From NCBI GenBank assembly GCA_964291675.2, contig OZ219866.1, forward strand, positions 3,168,001 to 3,232,000: 64,000 nt of DNA, in the 5' to 3' direction. The position numbers were made by a program, and so were the translations under genes. The stretch's first letter is position 1, and each line of letters starts with the position of its first letter. The DNA comes from Alphaproteobacteria bacterium. Its GTDB lineage: Bacteria; Pseudomonadota; Alphaproteobacteria; MPNO01. The notes beneath the pieces were generated by a model, which saw only the letters and a list, made by a program, of their open reading frames with translations, made no database searches and had not been told where the DNA came from. Shown in pieces: positions 10,426 through 20,293 of this stretch.

Positions 10426-12804
10426 ATGGCTGAAGACCGCTGGATTCTCGACCGCCCCAACTCCTATATCGGGCGCAGCGTGCCGCGCCCCGACGCCAGG
10501 CGCCTGACGCACGGGCGGGGCACCTTCGTCGACGACATCGTGCTGCCCAGGATGGTGCATGCCGCCTTCGTCCGCAGCCCGCACGCCCATGCGAGGATCG
10601 TCTCCATCGACACCGAAGCGGCCGCCGCCGCGCCCGGCGTGGTCGCGGTGGTGACCGGCGCGGAGCTCGCCCGCATCCACGAGCCCTGGGTCGGCGTGCT
10701 CACCCATCTCGAAGGGCTCAAATCCGCGCCCCAGCACGCGCTTCCCGTCGACGTCGCGCGCTGGCAGGGCGAGGCGGTGGTCGCCGTCGTCGCCGAGCGC
10801 CGCGAGCAGGCCGAGGACGCGGCCGAGCTGGTGGAGATCGAGTGGGAGGAGCTGCCGGCCGCGACCGACATGGAGACCGCGCTCGATCCCGGGACGCCGG
10901 TGATCCATGCCGAGCTCGGCGACAACCTCGCCTGGCAGCGGCAATACGCGGCGGGCGACGTCGATGCCGCCTATGAAGCGGCCGACGCGGTGGTGGAGGA
11001 GACCTACCTGTTCGGCCGGCATACCGGGGTGACGCTGGAGCCGCGCGGCCTGGTCGCCGATTTCGACCCGTCGACGCGCAACCTGACGGTCCACCACTCC
11101 ACCCAGTCGCCGCACATGATGCAGGGCATATTCGCGCTCCATTTCGGGCTCGAGGAGCATCGCGTCAGGGTGATCGCCAAGGATGTCGGCGGCTCGTTCG
11201 GCATCAAGGTGCACACCTATGCCGACGAGATGGCGACGGTGGGGCTGGCGATCGCGCTCAAGCGACCGGTCAAGTTCGTGGCCGACCGGCTGGAGTCGTT
11301 CCTCTCCGACATCCACGCGCGCGACCACCGGATCGACGCCAAGATCGCGATGGCCAGGGACGGCCGCATCCTGGCGATGGAGATCGACGACCTCACCGGC
11401 GTCGGGCCGTATTCGATGTACCCCAGGACCAGCGCCATCGAGGCCAACCAGATCGTCAACATGATCGGCGGGCCCTACGCCTTCGACAACTACCGGGCGC
11501 GCGCCCGCGTGGTGTTCATGAACAAGAACATGATGTGCCAGTACCGCGCGGTCGGCCATCCGATCATGTGCGCGGTGACCGAGGGGCTGGTCGATTCGGG
11601 GGCCCGCGCGGTCGGCATGGACCCGGCCGAGATACGCCGGATCAACGTGCACCGCGACGGCGAGTACCCGAAGAAATCCGCCCAGGGGATGAATTTCGAG
11701 AGCCTCTCCCACCAGGAGAGCCTGAACAAGATCCTGGAGATGATGGACTACGGCGCGCTCTGCGCCGAGCGCGACCGCCTCAGGGCCGACGGCGTCTGGC
11801 GCGGTGTCGGGCTCGCCAGCTTCATCGAGGTCACCAACCCGTCGGCGATGTTTTATGGCATCGGCGGCGCCCGCATCTCGGCCCAGGACGGGGCGACGAT
11901 GCGCCTCGACGCGCGCGGCAACGTGTTCGTCTCGACCGGCGCGACCGAGCAGGGGCAGGGGATGGAGACCGTCGCCGCCCAGGTCGCGGCGACCGCGATG
12001 GGGGTTCCCATCGACCGGGTCCGGGTGATCTCCGGCGATACCGAGCACACCCCCTATGGCGGCGGCACCTGGGCGTCGCGGGCGGCCGGGATCGGCGGCG
12101 AGGCGATCGCCCAGACCGGGAAGGCGCTGCGCGCGCAGATTCTCGACGTGGCCGGCGTCATGCTGCAGGCCGAGGCCGGGAGCCTCGACATAAGGGGCGG
12201 GGTCGTGGTCGACCGCGAGACCGGGGTCGAGCGCATCGGCCTCGATGAGATCGGGCGCATCTGCTATTTCCGCCCCGACACCCTGCCGGTCGACTACCAG
12301 TCCGAGCTGATGGCGACCCGCCACTACGTGCCCAAGGACTACCCCTTCGCCTTCACCAACGGGGTGCAGGGGGCCTATGTCGAGGTGGACGCCGAGACCG
12401 GGTTCCTCACCCTGCTCAACCACTGGTGCGTCGAGGATTGCGGCACGGTGATCAATCCGCAGATGGTCGACGAACAGATCCGCGGCGGCATCGTCCAGGG
12501 GCTGGGCGGCGCGCTCTGGGAGCACTGCGTCTACGACGAGGCGGGCCAGCTCCAGAACGGTACCATGGCGGACTACCTGGTCCCGCAGTCGAACGAGACG
12601 CCCGACATCGAATGCGCCCACGTGGTCTCGATGACCGGCTCGTCCGAGCTCGGCGCCAAGGGCGCGGGCGAGGCCGGGACCTGCGGCGCGCCGGCGGTGG
12701 TGATGAACGCGGTCAACGACGCGCTGGCGCCGTTCGGGGCGAAGGTCACCGCGATGCCGTTCACCCCGGGGCGGATCCTGGAGGCGATCGCCGCGGGCGG
12801 GTAA
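10426..12804 (+). CDS. Xanthine dehydrogenase/CoxL-like molybdopterin-binding large subunit
   Basis: VRSPHAHARI, DVGGSFGIK, GQGMET, GGTWASR, QIRGGIVQGLG, GAKGAGEAG. Active-site loop is QYRAVG, not the AYRCSFR of form I CO dehydrogenase. Confidence 0.92.
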   Translation: MAEDRWILDRPNSYIGRSVPRPDARRLTHGRGTFVDDIVLPRMVHAAFVRSPHAHARIVSIDTEAAAAAPGVVAVVTGAELARIHEPWVGVLTHLEGLKSAPQHALPVDVARWQGEAVVAVVAERREQAEDAAELVEIEWEELPAATDMETALDPGTPVIHAELGDNLAWQRQYAAGDVDAAYEAADAVVEETYLFGRHTGVTLEPRGLVADFDPSTRNLTVHHSTQSPHMMQGIFALHFGLEEHRVRVIAKDVGGSFGIKVHTYADEMATVGLAIALKRPVKFVADRLESFLSDIHARDHRIDAKIAMARDGRILAMEIDDLTGVGPYSMYPRTSAIEANQIVNMIGGPYAFDNYRARARVVFMNKNMMCQYRAVGHPIMCAVTEGLVDSGARAVGMDPAEIRRINVHRDGEYPKKSAQGMNFESLSHQESLNKILEMMDYGALCAERDRLRADGVWRGVGLASFIEVTNPSAMFYGIGGARISAQDGATMRLDARGNVFVSTGATEQGQGMETVAAQVAATAMGVPIDRVRVISGDTEHTPYGGGTWASRAAGIGGEAIAQTGKALRAQILDVAGVMLQAEAGSLDIRGGVVVDRETGVERIGLDEIGRICYFRPDTLPVDYQSELMATRHYVPKDYPFAFTNGVQGAYVEVDAETGFLTLLNHWCVEDCGTVINPQMVDEQIRGGIVQGLGGALWEHCVYDEAGQLQNGTMADYLVPQSNETPDIECAHVVSMTGSSELGAKGAGEAGTCGAPAVVMNAVNDALAPFGAKVTAMPFTPGRILEAIAAGG

Positions 12805-12828
12805 GGGCGCATCGAGGGGACGCCCGTA

Positions 12829-13608
12829 TCAGGGCCGCACGACCTCCAGCAGCCCCCTGAAGGGCCCCTTCGAGCGGATCACCAGCCCGGTGAGCGCGGC
12901 TCTCTTGCGCAGCCCCTCGCTCGCCAGGAAGCAGCTCCGGCGGGCGCGCCGCAGCGGATCCGAAGACGCCTCGATCGGCCCCACGCCTATCAACGAGGCG
13001 AGTCCCTCGCTTCGCGTTCGATGCTGAACCACGGCGGGGTCGAGACTGTACGTCTTCAGGCCGTGATGCCAGTAGCGCGCGAGCGACCTGTCGATGCCGT
13101 CGCGGATCAGCGGGTTCGCTTCCAGGAACCGCCGGGCCGCCTGGCGCGTGATCGCATAGCCCTGGGAGCCGAAATGGGACCAGCGGGTCCAGCCCAGGCG
13201 ATGCCCGGTGGGCAGCGCCGCATGGGCAATGAACGGGCGCCTCGGCCCGTGGTGGAGGAATACGATCCCGAAGGGTTCCGTCGTCTCTTCCAGAGCCCGC
13301 AGCACTGCCGGGAATTCGGGCGAGAAAGTCGCGTCGTCCTCCAGCACGGTCATGATTTCGGGTCCGTTCTCCACCATGTCCAGCATGGCCTCGCGCTGGC
13401 TGATCCAGTTGGCGATGGACCCCATGCGGATGGGCCGCCCGGCCCGGCGATAGGCCGAACGGTCGATCAGGGGTTGGTATGCGGGCGGAAGATCGTGGCC
13501 GTCCACGGCGTCGCGCAGCTCGAACTCCAACCCCAGGGCGTGCAGGTCGGAAACGATCCTTCGCCGCCGCTCGACCGCCCTTTCCAGACTGATGACAACT
13601 ATCTTCAG
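12829..13608 (-). CDS. Glycosyltransferase family 25 protein
   Basis: KIVVISLERAVERR...DAVDG...VLEDDA...GYAIT GT25 motifs. Family-like sequence extends upstream of the ORF-track start to a CTG at 13608. Confidence 0.85.
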   Translation of the reverse strand: MKIVVISLERAVERRRRIVSDLHALGLEFELRDAVDGHDLPPAYQPLIDRSAYRRAGRPIRMGSIANWISQREAMLDMVENGPEIMTVLEDDATFSPEFPAVLRALEETTEPFGIVFLHHGPRRPFIAHAALPTGHRLGWTRWSHFGSQGYAITRQAARRFLEANPLIRDGIDRSLARYWHHGLKTYSLDPAVVQHRTRSEGLASLIGVGPIEASSDPLRRARRSCFLASEGLRKRAALTGLVIRSKGPFRGLLEVVRP

Positions 13609-13621
13609 AGCGGACGACCGG

Positions 13622-14392
13622 TCAGAAATTGTCCTTGCGGGTGCGCACTTCGGCGAAGACCTCCACCGGCGTGCTGCCCTCCATCCCGAGCGCCGCCGCG
13701 AAGGCGGGGACGTCGGCGCGGAGGAAGGGGTTGGTCCGCCGCTCCAGCCCGAGCTGCGACGGCACGGTGCGCTCCCCGGCCGCCCGCTTGCGGTCTACCT
13801 CCGCGGCATAGGCCGCGAGGTCGCCATTGTCCGGCTCCACCGTGACCGCGAAGCGCGCGTTGGACTGGGTGTATTCGTGCGCGCAATAGACCATGGTCTC
13901 GTCGGGCAGCGGCTTGAACTTGGAGATCGAGTTCCACATCTGCTCATGCGTGCCCTCGAACACCCGGCCGCAGCCCAGCGCGAACAGCGTGTCGCCGCAG
14001 AACAGGGCTTCCGATTCCGGGAACCAGTAGGCGATATGCCCGCGCGTGTGGCCCGGCACGTCGAACACCCTGGCCTCCGCCTCGTAGAGCATATAGGTAT
14101 CGCCGTCGCCGACTTCGATGTCGATGCCGGGGATCCGGTCGCGGTCCGCGCGGGGGCCGACCACGGTGCAGCCGGTGCGCTGCTTGATTTCCGGCACGCC
14201 GCCGATGTGGTCGTTGTGGTGATGCGTCGCCAGCACGTGGGTGAGGTTCCAGCCGAGCCCGTCCAGCGCCTCGAACACCGGCGCCGCGTCCGAGGGGTCG
14301 ACCACCGCCGCCTGGCCGGTCGAGGACTCGCGGACGAGATAGACGTAGTTGTCGACCCGCGTCGGGATCTGATGAATTTCGAGCGTCGACAT
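13622..14392 (-). CDS. gloB: Hydroxyacylglutathione hydrolase (glyoxalase II)
   Basis: DNYVYL, THHHNDHIGG, PGHTRGH, GDTLFALGCGR, CAHEYT, TNPFLR. Confidence 0.96.
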   Translation of the reverse strand: MSTLEIHQIPTRVDNYVYLVRESSTGQAAVVDPSDAAPVFEALDGLGWNLTHVLATHHHNDHIGGVPEIKQRTGCTVVGPRADRDRIPGIDIEVGDGDTYMLYEAEARVFDVPGHTRGHIAYWFPESEALFCGDTLFALGCGRVFEGTHEQMWNSISKFKPLPDETMVYCAHEYTQSNARFAVTVEPDNGDLAAYAAEVDRKRAAGERTVPSQLGLERRTNPFLRADVPAFAAALGMEGSTPVEVFAEVRTRKDNF

Positions 14393-14530
14393 GGCAGCAT
14401 GTTCTCCCGCGATCGGCACCGGCTGGCGGGGCGCAAACTAGCAGGAAGAAGCGGTCGATTCCATCCAGGCCCGGCGTCCGGTCACATCGGGCGTATCCGT
14501 TTCGCAAGGGACCGCCGACGCTTCCGAGGC

Positions 14531-14641
14531 CGTCCTTCGATACGCCGCCCTCCGGGCGGCTACTCAGGATGAGGAGGATTGTTGGCGGGCCATACCCCAC
14601 CCTCATCCTGAGTAGCGGCGAAGCCGCGTATCGAAGGACGC
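14531..14641. repeat. Inverted REP-like pair, class 2 (CGTCCTTCGATACG...CTCAGGATGAGG / CCTCATCCTGAG...CGTATCGAAGGACG)
   Basis: Near-perfect inverted pair. Related copies at ~38252-38361, ~43224-43333 and ~46305-46421. Confidence 0.75.
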
Positions 14642-14693
14642 GCTTCAGCCGCAGGTCATGACAGTGCCGGAGAATCCGGGCTAGGCTGGCCGG

Positions 14694-15425
14694 ATGTGGA
14701 CGGATGTGGTCGAGTTGCGGAACTTCTACCGCTCCCGGATCGGCGGCGTCGCGCGGCGCGCGATCCGCGACCACGTCCGCGCGTGCTGGGGCGAGGTAAC
14801 CGGGATGAGCGTGCTGGGAATCGGCTATGCCACGCCCTATCTCGGCCAGTTCCGCGCCGAGGCGGAGCGGGTCGTCGCCGTGATGCCGGCCCGCCAGGGG
14901 GTGATCCGGTGGCCCGGCGAGGGGGCCAATTTGGCGGCGCTGGCGGACGAGGCGGAGCTCCCCTTGCCCGACCTCTCCATGGACCGGGTGATCCTGGTGC
15001 ACGCACTCGAATCGGCCGAGCAGCTCCGGCCCATGCTGCGCGAGGTCTGGCGGGTGATGGCCGACGGCGCGCGGCTGGTCGTCGTGGTGCCCAACCGCAC
15101 CGGAATCTGGGCGCGGCTCGACAGGACGCCGTTCGGACACGGACACCCCTATTCCCAGTCGCAGCTCTCCTTGCTGCTCAAGGACGCCATGTTCAACCCG
15201 GTCGCGGCGCGCTACGGGCTGTTCGTCCCGCCCAGCCGCCGCCGCGTCCTGCACGCCGCCGCCCCGGCATGGGAGCGCATCGGCGGGCGCTGGTTTCCCC
15301 GTCTCGGCGGCGTGCTGATCGCCGAGGCGACCAAGCTGATCTACGCGGCAACGCCGGCGGCCGCGGTCTCAGGCCGCCGCCGAATCCTCGCGCCGCAGCA
15401 GAAAGATTCCCTGCCGGCTCCTTAG
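14694..15425 (+). CDS. Class I SAM-dependent methyltransferase (usual gloB neighbour)
   Basis: FYRSRIG, LGIGYATPYL, LPLPDLSMDRVILVHALE, TPFGHGHPYS. Confidence 0.9.
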   Translation: MWTDVVELRNFYRSRIGGVARRAIRDHVRACWGEVTGMSVLGIGYATPYLGQFRAEAERVVAVMPARQGVIRWPGEGANLAALADEAELPLPDLSMDRVILVHALESAEQLRPMLREVWRVMADGARLVVVVPNRTGIWARLDRTPFGHGHPYSQSQLSLLLKDAMFNPVAARYGLFVPPSRRRVLHAAAPAWERIGGRWFPRLGGVLIAEATKLIYAATPAAAVSGRRRILAPQQKDSLPAP

Positions 15426-16019
15426 ATTGGCGAACGGTCCGATCCTGCCGATCGCGCTGACGCGCCCGCCGCGGTCGAGCGAGACCGCGCGCTCCACCAC
15501 CACCTCGAGGTCCTGGCACAGCTCCTGGAAGTCGCGGATCGTGCAGAGGTGGATGTTCGCGGTGTCGTACCAGCGCTCGCCCGGGCCGCCGATCACCGGC
15601 ATGCGCCCCTCCCAGACGAGCCGCCAGCGCGTGCCGAGCTGGCCGAAATTGGTGAAGGAGACCACCACCCGCGTCGCGATGCGGAGAAGCTGGCCGAGGA
15701 GGTCGCGCGGCGCGCGCGTGGCCTGGAGGGTCTGGCTCAGAACCGCGTAGTCGAACGCGCCCGGCGGGTAGTCTTCGAGATCGGTGTCGGCATCGCCCTG
15801 GATGACCGGCAGGCCGCGAACCACGCAGGCGTTGACCCCGTCCTGGCTGAGCTCGATGCCGCGCGCGTCGACATTCTTGAAGTTGACCAGGTGATAGAGC
15901 AGCTCGCCGTCGCCGCAGCCGATATCGAGCACCCGCGAACCGGGCTCGATCATGTCGGCGATGATTTGCAGGTCGCGGCGGATCGCCGGCGCCCCGGCGC
16001 CGGCCGTCCCGGCGGTCAT
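15369..16019 (-). CDS. metW: Methionine biosynthesis protein MetW
   Basis: [53 protein letters not shown] overlap with metX. Confidence 0.95.
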   Translation of the reverse strand: MTAGTAGAGAPAIRRDLQIIADMIEPGSRVLDIGCGDGELLYHLVNFKNVDARGIELSQDGVNACVVRGLPVIQGDADTDLEDYPPGAFDYAVLSQTLQATRAPRDLLGQLLRIATRVVVSFTNFGQLGTRWRLVWEGRMPVIGGPGERWYDTANIHLCTIRDFQELCQDLEVVVERAVSLDRGGRVSAIGRIGPFANLRSRQGIFLLRREDSAAA

Positions 16020-17191
16020 CCCCCGCCAAGGCCCCGGTGCTTCCCCGCACCGTCGAGAAAGCCGCGCAGCGTGGTGGCGAATTCGGGCTCGTCGAGCAGG
16101 AAGGCATCGTGCCCCTTGTCGGTCTTCACTTCGACGAAGCTGACATTCGCCGCGACCGCGTTGAGCGCCTTGACCACCGCGCGGCTCTCGACGGTGGGGA
16201 ACAGCCAGTCGCTGGTGAACGAGAACAGGCAGAACCGGACCGGGGTGCCGGCGAAGGCCTTCGACAGCGCCCCGCCATGCTCCGCCGCGATGTCGAAATA
16301 GTCCATCGCGCGCGTGATGTAGAGATAGGAGTTCGCGTCGAACCGTTCGACGAAGGTAATGCCCTGGTGGCGCAGGTAGCTTTCCACCTGGAAATCGGCG
16401 TCGAAGCCGAAGCTGAGCGCGTCCCGCCCCTGCAGCCGGCGGCCGAACTTGCGGTGCAGCGCCGAGTCCGACAGGTAGGTGATATGCGCCGCCATGCGCG
16501 CCACGGCGAGGCCGCGGGTCGGCACCTTGCCGTGGCGCAGATACTCGCCCTGACACCAGTCGGGATCGGCCATGATGGCCTGGCGGCCGACCTCGTTGAA
16601 CGCGATGTTCTGCGAGGAATGACGCGCGGCCGCGGCGATCGGAACGGCGGAGAAGACGCGCTCGGGATAGCGCGCCGCCCACTCGATCACCTGCATCCCC
16701 CCCATCGAGCCGCCGATCACGCAAAACAGCCGGTCGATCCCGAGATGGTCGAGCAGCAGCGCCTGGACCTGCACCATGTCGCTGATGGTGATCACCGGGA
16801 AGGCGAGACCGTAGCGCTCCCCGGTTTCCGGGTTGATGTCCATCGGGCCGGTGGTCCCCATGCATCCGCCGAGCACATTGGCGCAAATGACGTGGTAGCG
16901 GTCGGTGTCGAGCACCTTGCCGGGCCCGACCAGAAGGTCCCACCAGCCCGGCTTGCCGGTGATCGGGTGGGGCTCGGCGACGAACTGGTCGCCGGTCAGG
17001 GCATGGCATACCAGGATCGCGTTCGAGCGCTCCGCGTTCAGCGCTCCATAGGTCCGGTAGGCGACCGTGACCGGTCCGAGCGCGACACCGCAGTCGAGCA
17101 GCAACGGCTCGTCGGTCGCCAGACGCACATGCGTGCCCGGTATCTCCGCCGGCAACAGGGAGGTCGGGCGATTGAGCGCTACGGGCTTCAT
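16016..17191 (-). CDS. metX: Homoserine O-acetyltransferase
   Basis: [40 protein letters not shown]. Confidence 0.96.
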   Translation of the reverse strand: MKPVALNRPTSLLPAEIPGTHVRLATDEPLLLDCGVALGPVTVAYRTYGALNAERSNAILVCHALTGDQFVAEPHPITGKPGWWDLLVGPGKVLDTDRYHVICANVLGGCMGTTGPMDINPETGERYGLAFPVITISDMVQVQALLLDHLGIDRLFCVIGGSMGGMQVIEWAARYPERVFSAVPIAAAARHSSQNIAFNEVGRQAIMADPDWCQGEYLRHGKVPTRGLAVARMAAHITYLSDSALHRKFGRRLQGRDALSFGFDADFQVESYLRHQGITFVERFDANSYLYITRAMDYFDIAAEHGGALSKAFAGTPVRFCLFSFTSDWLFPTVESRAVVKALNAVAANVSFVEVKTDKGHDAFLLDEPEFATTLRGFLDGAGKHRGLGGG

Positions 17192-17384
17192 CACCTGCGG
17201 CTCTGTATAAGACCGCCGACGCAACGGCAACCGCGGAAATCCCTGTCCCCGGCAACGACCGGCATCGGCGGCGTCGATTGTAACCAATGCAGGGGCTGGT
17301 TATAAGTCGCTACGAAGATGTCATGTATTCACCCGGCCGAAGGCCCATGGCCAGGCGGGGGTTGCGGGGTGGGACGAAACCGAC

Positions 17385-18296
17385 ATGAGCCATTCCGGGG
17401 TGTCGCTCGCCGATGTGCGCAAGCGCATCGACGACATCGACGACCGCCTGCACGGGCTGCTGATAGAGCGGACCTCGCTGGCGCAATCCGTGGTCGAGGC
17501 CAAGAGCGGGTCGACGGCGCCGGTTTACCGCCCCGGCCGCGAGGCGGAGATCCTGCGGCGCCTGGTCCAGCGTCATGAGGGCGAATTTCCGAAGGTGCCG
17601 CTGACCCTGATCTGGCGCCAGATCATCTCGGCGACCCTCGGTCTGCAGGGAGATTTCGTCGTCGCGGTCTATGCCGCCGACGAATCGGACCCGCGCTGTG
17701 AAATCGTCGAGACCCATTTCGGCGCCGCGACGCCGCTTTCCCTGCACGGGACGGTTACCGGCGTGTTCATCGCGCTGACCCAGGGCGATGCGTCGGTGGG
17801 CGTCCTGCCGTTTCCCGCCGACAGCCAGGAAACCCCGTGGTGGCCGCGTCTCGCTCAGTACGGCGAGCGGGCCAGAGGCGCCGGCCGCCCGACGATCGTC
17901 GCCCGGCTGCCGTTCGTGCCGCTGCGGCGGCTATCGGGCGCCGGCCGCGGTTCGCTGGTCATCGCCATGCAGGCGCCCGAGCCCACCGATCGCGACCGCA
18001 GCTTCATCGTCGTCAGGGCCGGCGAGGATACCAGCCGGGCGCGGGTCCACGGCGCCTTCCAGTCTCGCGGGCTCGAGTCGCGGCTGACGCTCACCCATGC
18101 CGACGAGGTGGAGCCGGAGGCGACGCTTTTCCTGCTCGAGGTCGATGGGTTCGTCGAGAACGGAGACCCCAGAATCGCCGCCATTGCCGAGGAAATCGGC
18201 GGCGAGGAGAAGGTCGAGCTCAAGGTGCTGGGCGCCTATGCCGAGCCCTTTGCCGCCAGCGAGGTCGGGCCCCAGAGGGGCGTCAAGCAACCATGA
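17385..18296 (+). CDS. Chorismate mutase with C-terminal PDT-like extension
   Basis: LADVRKRIDDID...RPGREAEILRRL AroQ domain. Lies upstream of hisC-tyrC as in alphaproteobacteria. Confidence 0.88.
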   Translation: MSHSGVSLADVRKRIDDIDDRLHGLLIERTSLAQSVVEAKSGSTAPVYRPGREAEILRRLVQRHEGEFPKVPLTLIWRQIISATLGLQGDFVVAVYAADESDPRCEIVETHFGAATPLSLHGTVTGVFIALTQGDASVGVLPFPADSQETPWWPRLAQYGERARGAGRPTIVARLPFVPLRRLSGAGRGSLVIAMQAPEPTDRDRSFIVVRAGEDTSRARVHGAFQSRGLESRLTLTHADEVEPEATLFLLEVDGFVENGDPRIAAIAEEIGGEEKVELKVLGAYAEPFAASEVGPQRGVKQP

Positions 18297-19381
18297 GCGG
18301 GCCGACCCCGAGGCCAGGCATCCTCGACATCGCGCCCTACATACCCGGAGACTCGTCGATCCCGGGCCGGGCGCGGGTGATCAAGCTGTCGTCCAACGAG
18401 GGCGCGCTCGGCCCCAGCCCGGCGGCGATGCGCGCGCTGGCCGGGACCGCCGCCGACATCCACCGCTACCCCGACGGCGGCGCCGTCGCGCTGTGCGAGG
18501 CGATCGGCGCGGCGCACGGACTCGACCCGGGGCGAATCGTCTGCGGCGCGGGATCCGACGAGCTGATCACGCTGCTCGCGCGCGCCTATGCCGGACCCGG
18601 CGACGAGGTGCTGACCCATGCTCACGCCTTCGTCATGTACCGGCTCGCCGGGCTCAGCGTGGGCGCGCAGGTGGTCGAGGCGCCGGAACGGAATCTCACC
18701 GCCGACGTCGATGCCCTGCTGGCCGCGGCGACGCCCAGAACCCGGATCGTCTTCATCGCCAACCCCAACAACCCGACCGGGACCTACTTGCCGCTGGAGG
18801 AGATCGAGCGCCTGCGCGCCGGCCTGCCCGAAGACGTCGTGCTGGTGATCGATTCCGCCTATGCCGAATACGTGACGCGCAACGACTACGGCGCCGGCGA
18901 AGCGCTGGTCGATCGCGGGCAGAACACGGTCATGACGCGGACGTTCTCGAAGATCTACGGGCTCGGCGGGGTCCGGCTCGGCTGGGCCTATTGCCCGGAA
19001 TCGGTCGCTTCGGTGCTGCATCGCATCCGCTCGCCCTTCAACATCAACGCCCCCGCCCAGGCGGCCGGAATCGCGGCGGTGCAGGACACCGACTTCCTGG
19101 CCCGGTCGCGCGACCACAACGCGGCCTGGCTCCCCTGGATCTCCGAGCGCATCGCCGCCGCCGGCTTCCCGGTGACGCCGAGCGTCGGCAATTTCGTCCT
19201 CGTCGAGTTCCCCGCCGACGAGGGGCGGAACGCCGAAGCCGCGCTCGCCCATCTCGCGCGCCACGGGTTGATCCCGCGCGCCGTCGCCGGCAACCGCCTC
19301 CCCGACCATCTCAGGATCACCGTCGGGCTGGAAGACGAGATGCGGGCGCTGGTCGAGGCGATCGAGGCGTTCGCGGACTGA
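18293..19381 (+). CDS. hisC: Histidinol-phosphate aminotransferase
   Basis: KLSSNE, HRYPD, GAGSDELI, NPNNPTG, RTFSKIYGLGGVRLG. Confidence 0.95.
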   Translation: MSGPTPRPGILDIAPYIPGDSSIPGRARVIKLSSNEGALGPSPAAMRALAGTAADIHRYPDGGAVALCEAIGAAHGLDPGRIVCGAGSDELITLLARAYAGPGDEVLTHAHAFVMYRLAGLSVGAQVVEAPERNLTADVDALLAAATPRTRIVFIANPNNPTGTYLPLEEIERLRAGLPEDVVLVIDSAYAEYVTRNDYGAGEALVDRGQNTVMTRTFSKIYGLGGVRLGWAYCPESVASVLHRIRSPFNINAPAQAAGIAAVQDTDFLARSRDHNAAWLPWISERIAAAGFPVTPSVGNFVLVEFPADEGRNAEAALAHLARHGLIPRAVAGNRLPDHLRITVGLEDEMRALVEAIEAFAD

Positions 19382-19384
19382 TCC

Positions 19385-20293
19385 ATGTCCAGCGACGTTC
19401 TGTTCCGGCGGATCGCCTTGATCGGAATCGGGTTGATCGGCTCCTCCCTGGCCCGCGTGGTCAAGCGCGACCGCCTCGCCGGCCACGTCGTCGGCTGCGC
19501 CCGCCGGGCGGAGACGCTGGCCGCCGCCGAGCGGCTGGAGATCGTGGACTCGACGACGCAGGATCCGTGCGAGGCGGCGGCGGGGGCCGATCTGGTGATC
19601 ATCTGCACGCCGCTCGGCTCCTATGGCGCCATCGCGCGCGCCATCGCCCCGAGCCTCGCGCCCGGCGCCATCGTCTCGGATGTCGGCTCGGTCAAGGGGG
19701 CGGTGCTCGAGGCCGTCCTTCCGCATCTGCCGGACGGCGTCCACTTCGTCCCCGGCCATCCGATCGCCGGCACCGAGAATACCGGTCCCGAGGCCGGGTT
19801 CGACACGCTGTTCGAGGGGCGCTGGTTCCTGATCACCCCGCCGCCCGGCACCGACGAGGCGGCGATCGAGCGGGTATCCGAGCTGTGGCGCCGCGCCGGC
19901 AGCATGATCGCCAGGATGGATGCGGCCCACCACGACTACGTGCTCGCGATCACCTCGCATATCCCCCATCTGATCGCCTACACCATCGTCGGGACGGCGA
20001 CCGATCTGGAGGATCATCTCAAGTCCGAGGTGATCAAGTATTCGGCCGCGGGGTTTCGCGATTTCACCCGGATTGCGGGCTCCGACCCGGTGATGTGGCG
20101 CGACATCTTCCTCAACAACCGCGACGCCGTGCTGGAGATGCTCGGCCGCTTCACCGAGGACCTGACCGCGCTCCAGCGGGCGGTCCGCGTCGGCGACGGG
20201 GCCGCTCTCGAATTGCTGTTCAAGCGCACCCGCGACATCAGGCGCGGCGTCGTCGCCGCCCAGCAGCACATCCCGCCGCAGCCCGACGGTTAG
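19385..20293 (+). CDS. tyrC: Prephenate/arogenate (cyclohexadienyl) dehydrogenase
   Basis: IGIGLIGSS, DVGSVK, GHPIAGTE, TSHIPHL, GFRDFTRIA, MWRDIF. Confidence 0.95.
   Translation: MSSDVLFRRIALIGIGLIGSSLARVVKRDRLAGHVVGCARRAETLAAAERLEIVDSTTQDPCEAAAGADLVIICTPLGSYGAIARAIAPSLAPGAIVSDVGSVKGAVLEAVLPHLPDGVHFVPGHPIAGTENTGPEAGFDTLFEGRWFLITPPPGTDEAAIERVSELWRRAGSMIARMDAAHHDYVLAITSHIPHLIAYTIVGTATDLEDHLKSEVIKYSAAGFRDFTRIAGSDPVMWRDIFLNNRDAVLEMLGRFTEDLTALQRAVRVGDGAALELLFKRTRDIRRGVVAAQQHIPPQPDG

Noticed and set aside
10426-12804. Form I aerobic CO dehydrogenase
   Set aside because: The active-site loop is QYRAVG rather than AYRCSFR, and there are no cox accessory genes.
17192-17384. SAM-II riboswitch upstream of metX
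   Set aside because: I could not find the conserved SAM-II elements (GAUUU...UUGC...GCUAAA) on the minus strand.
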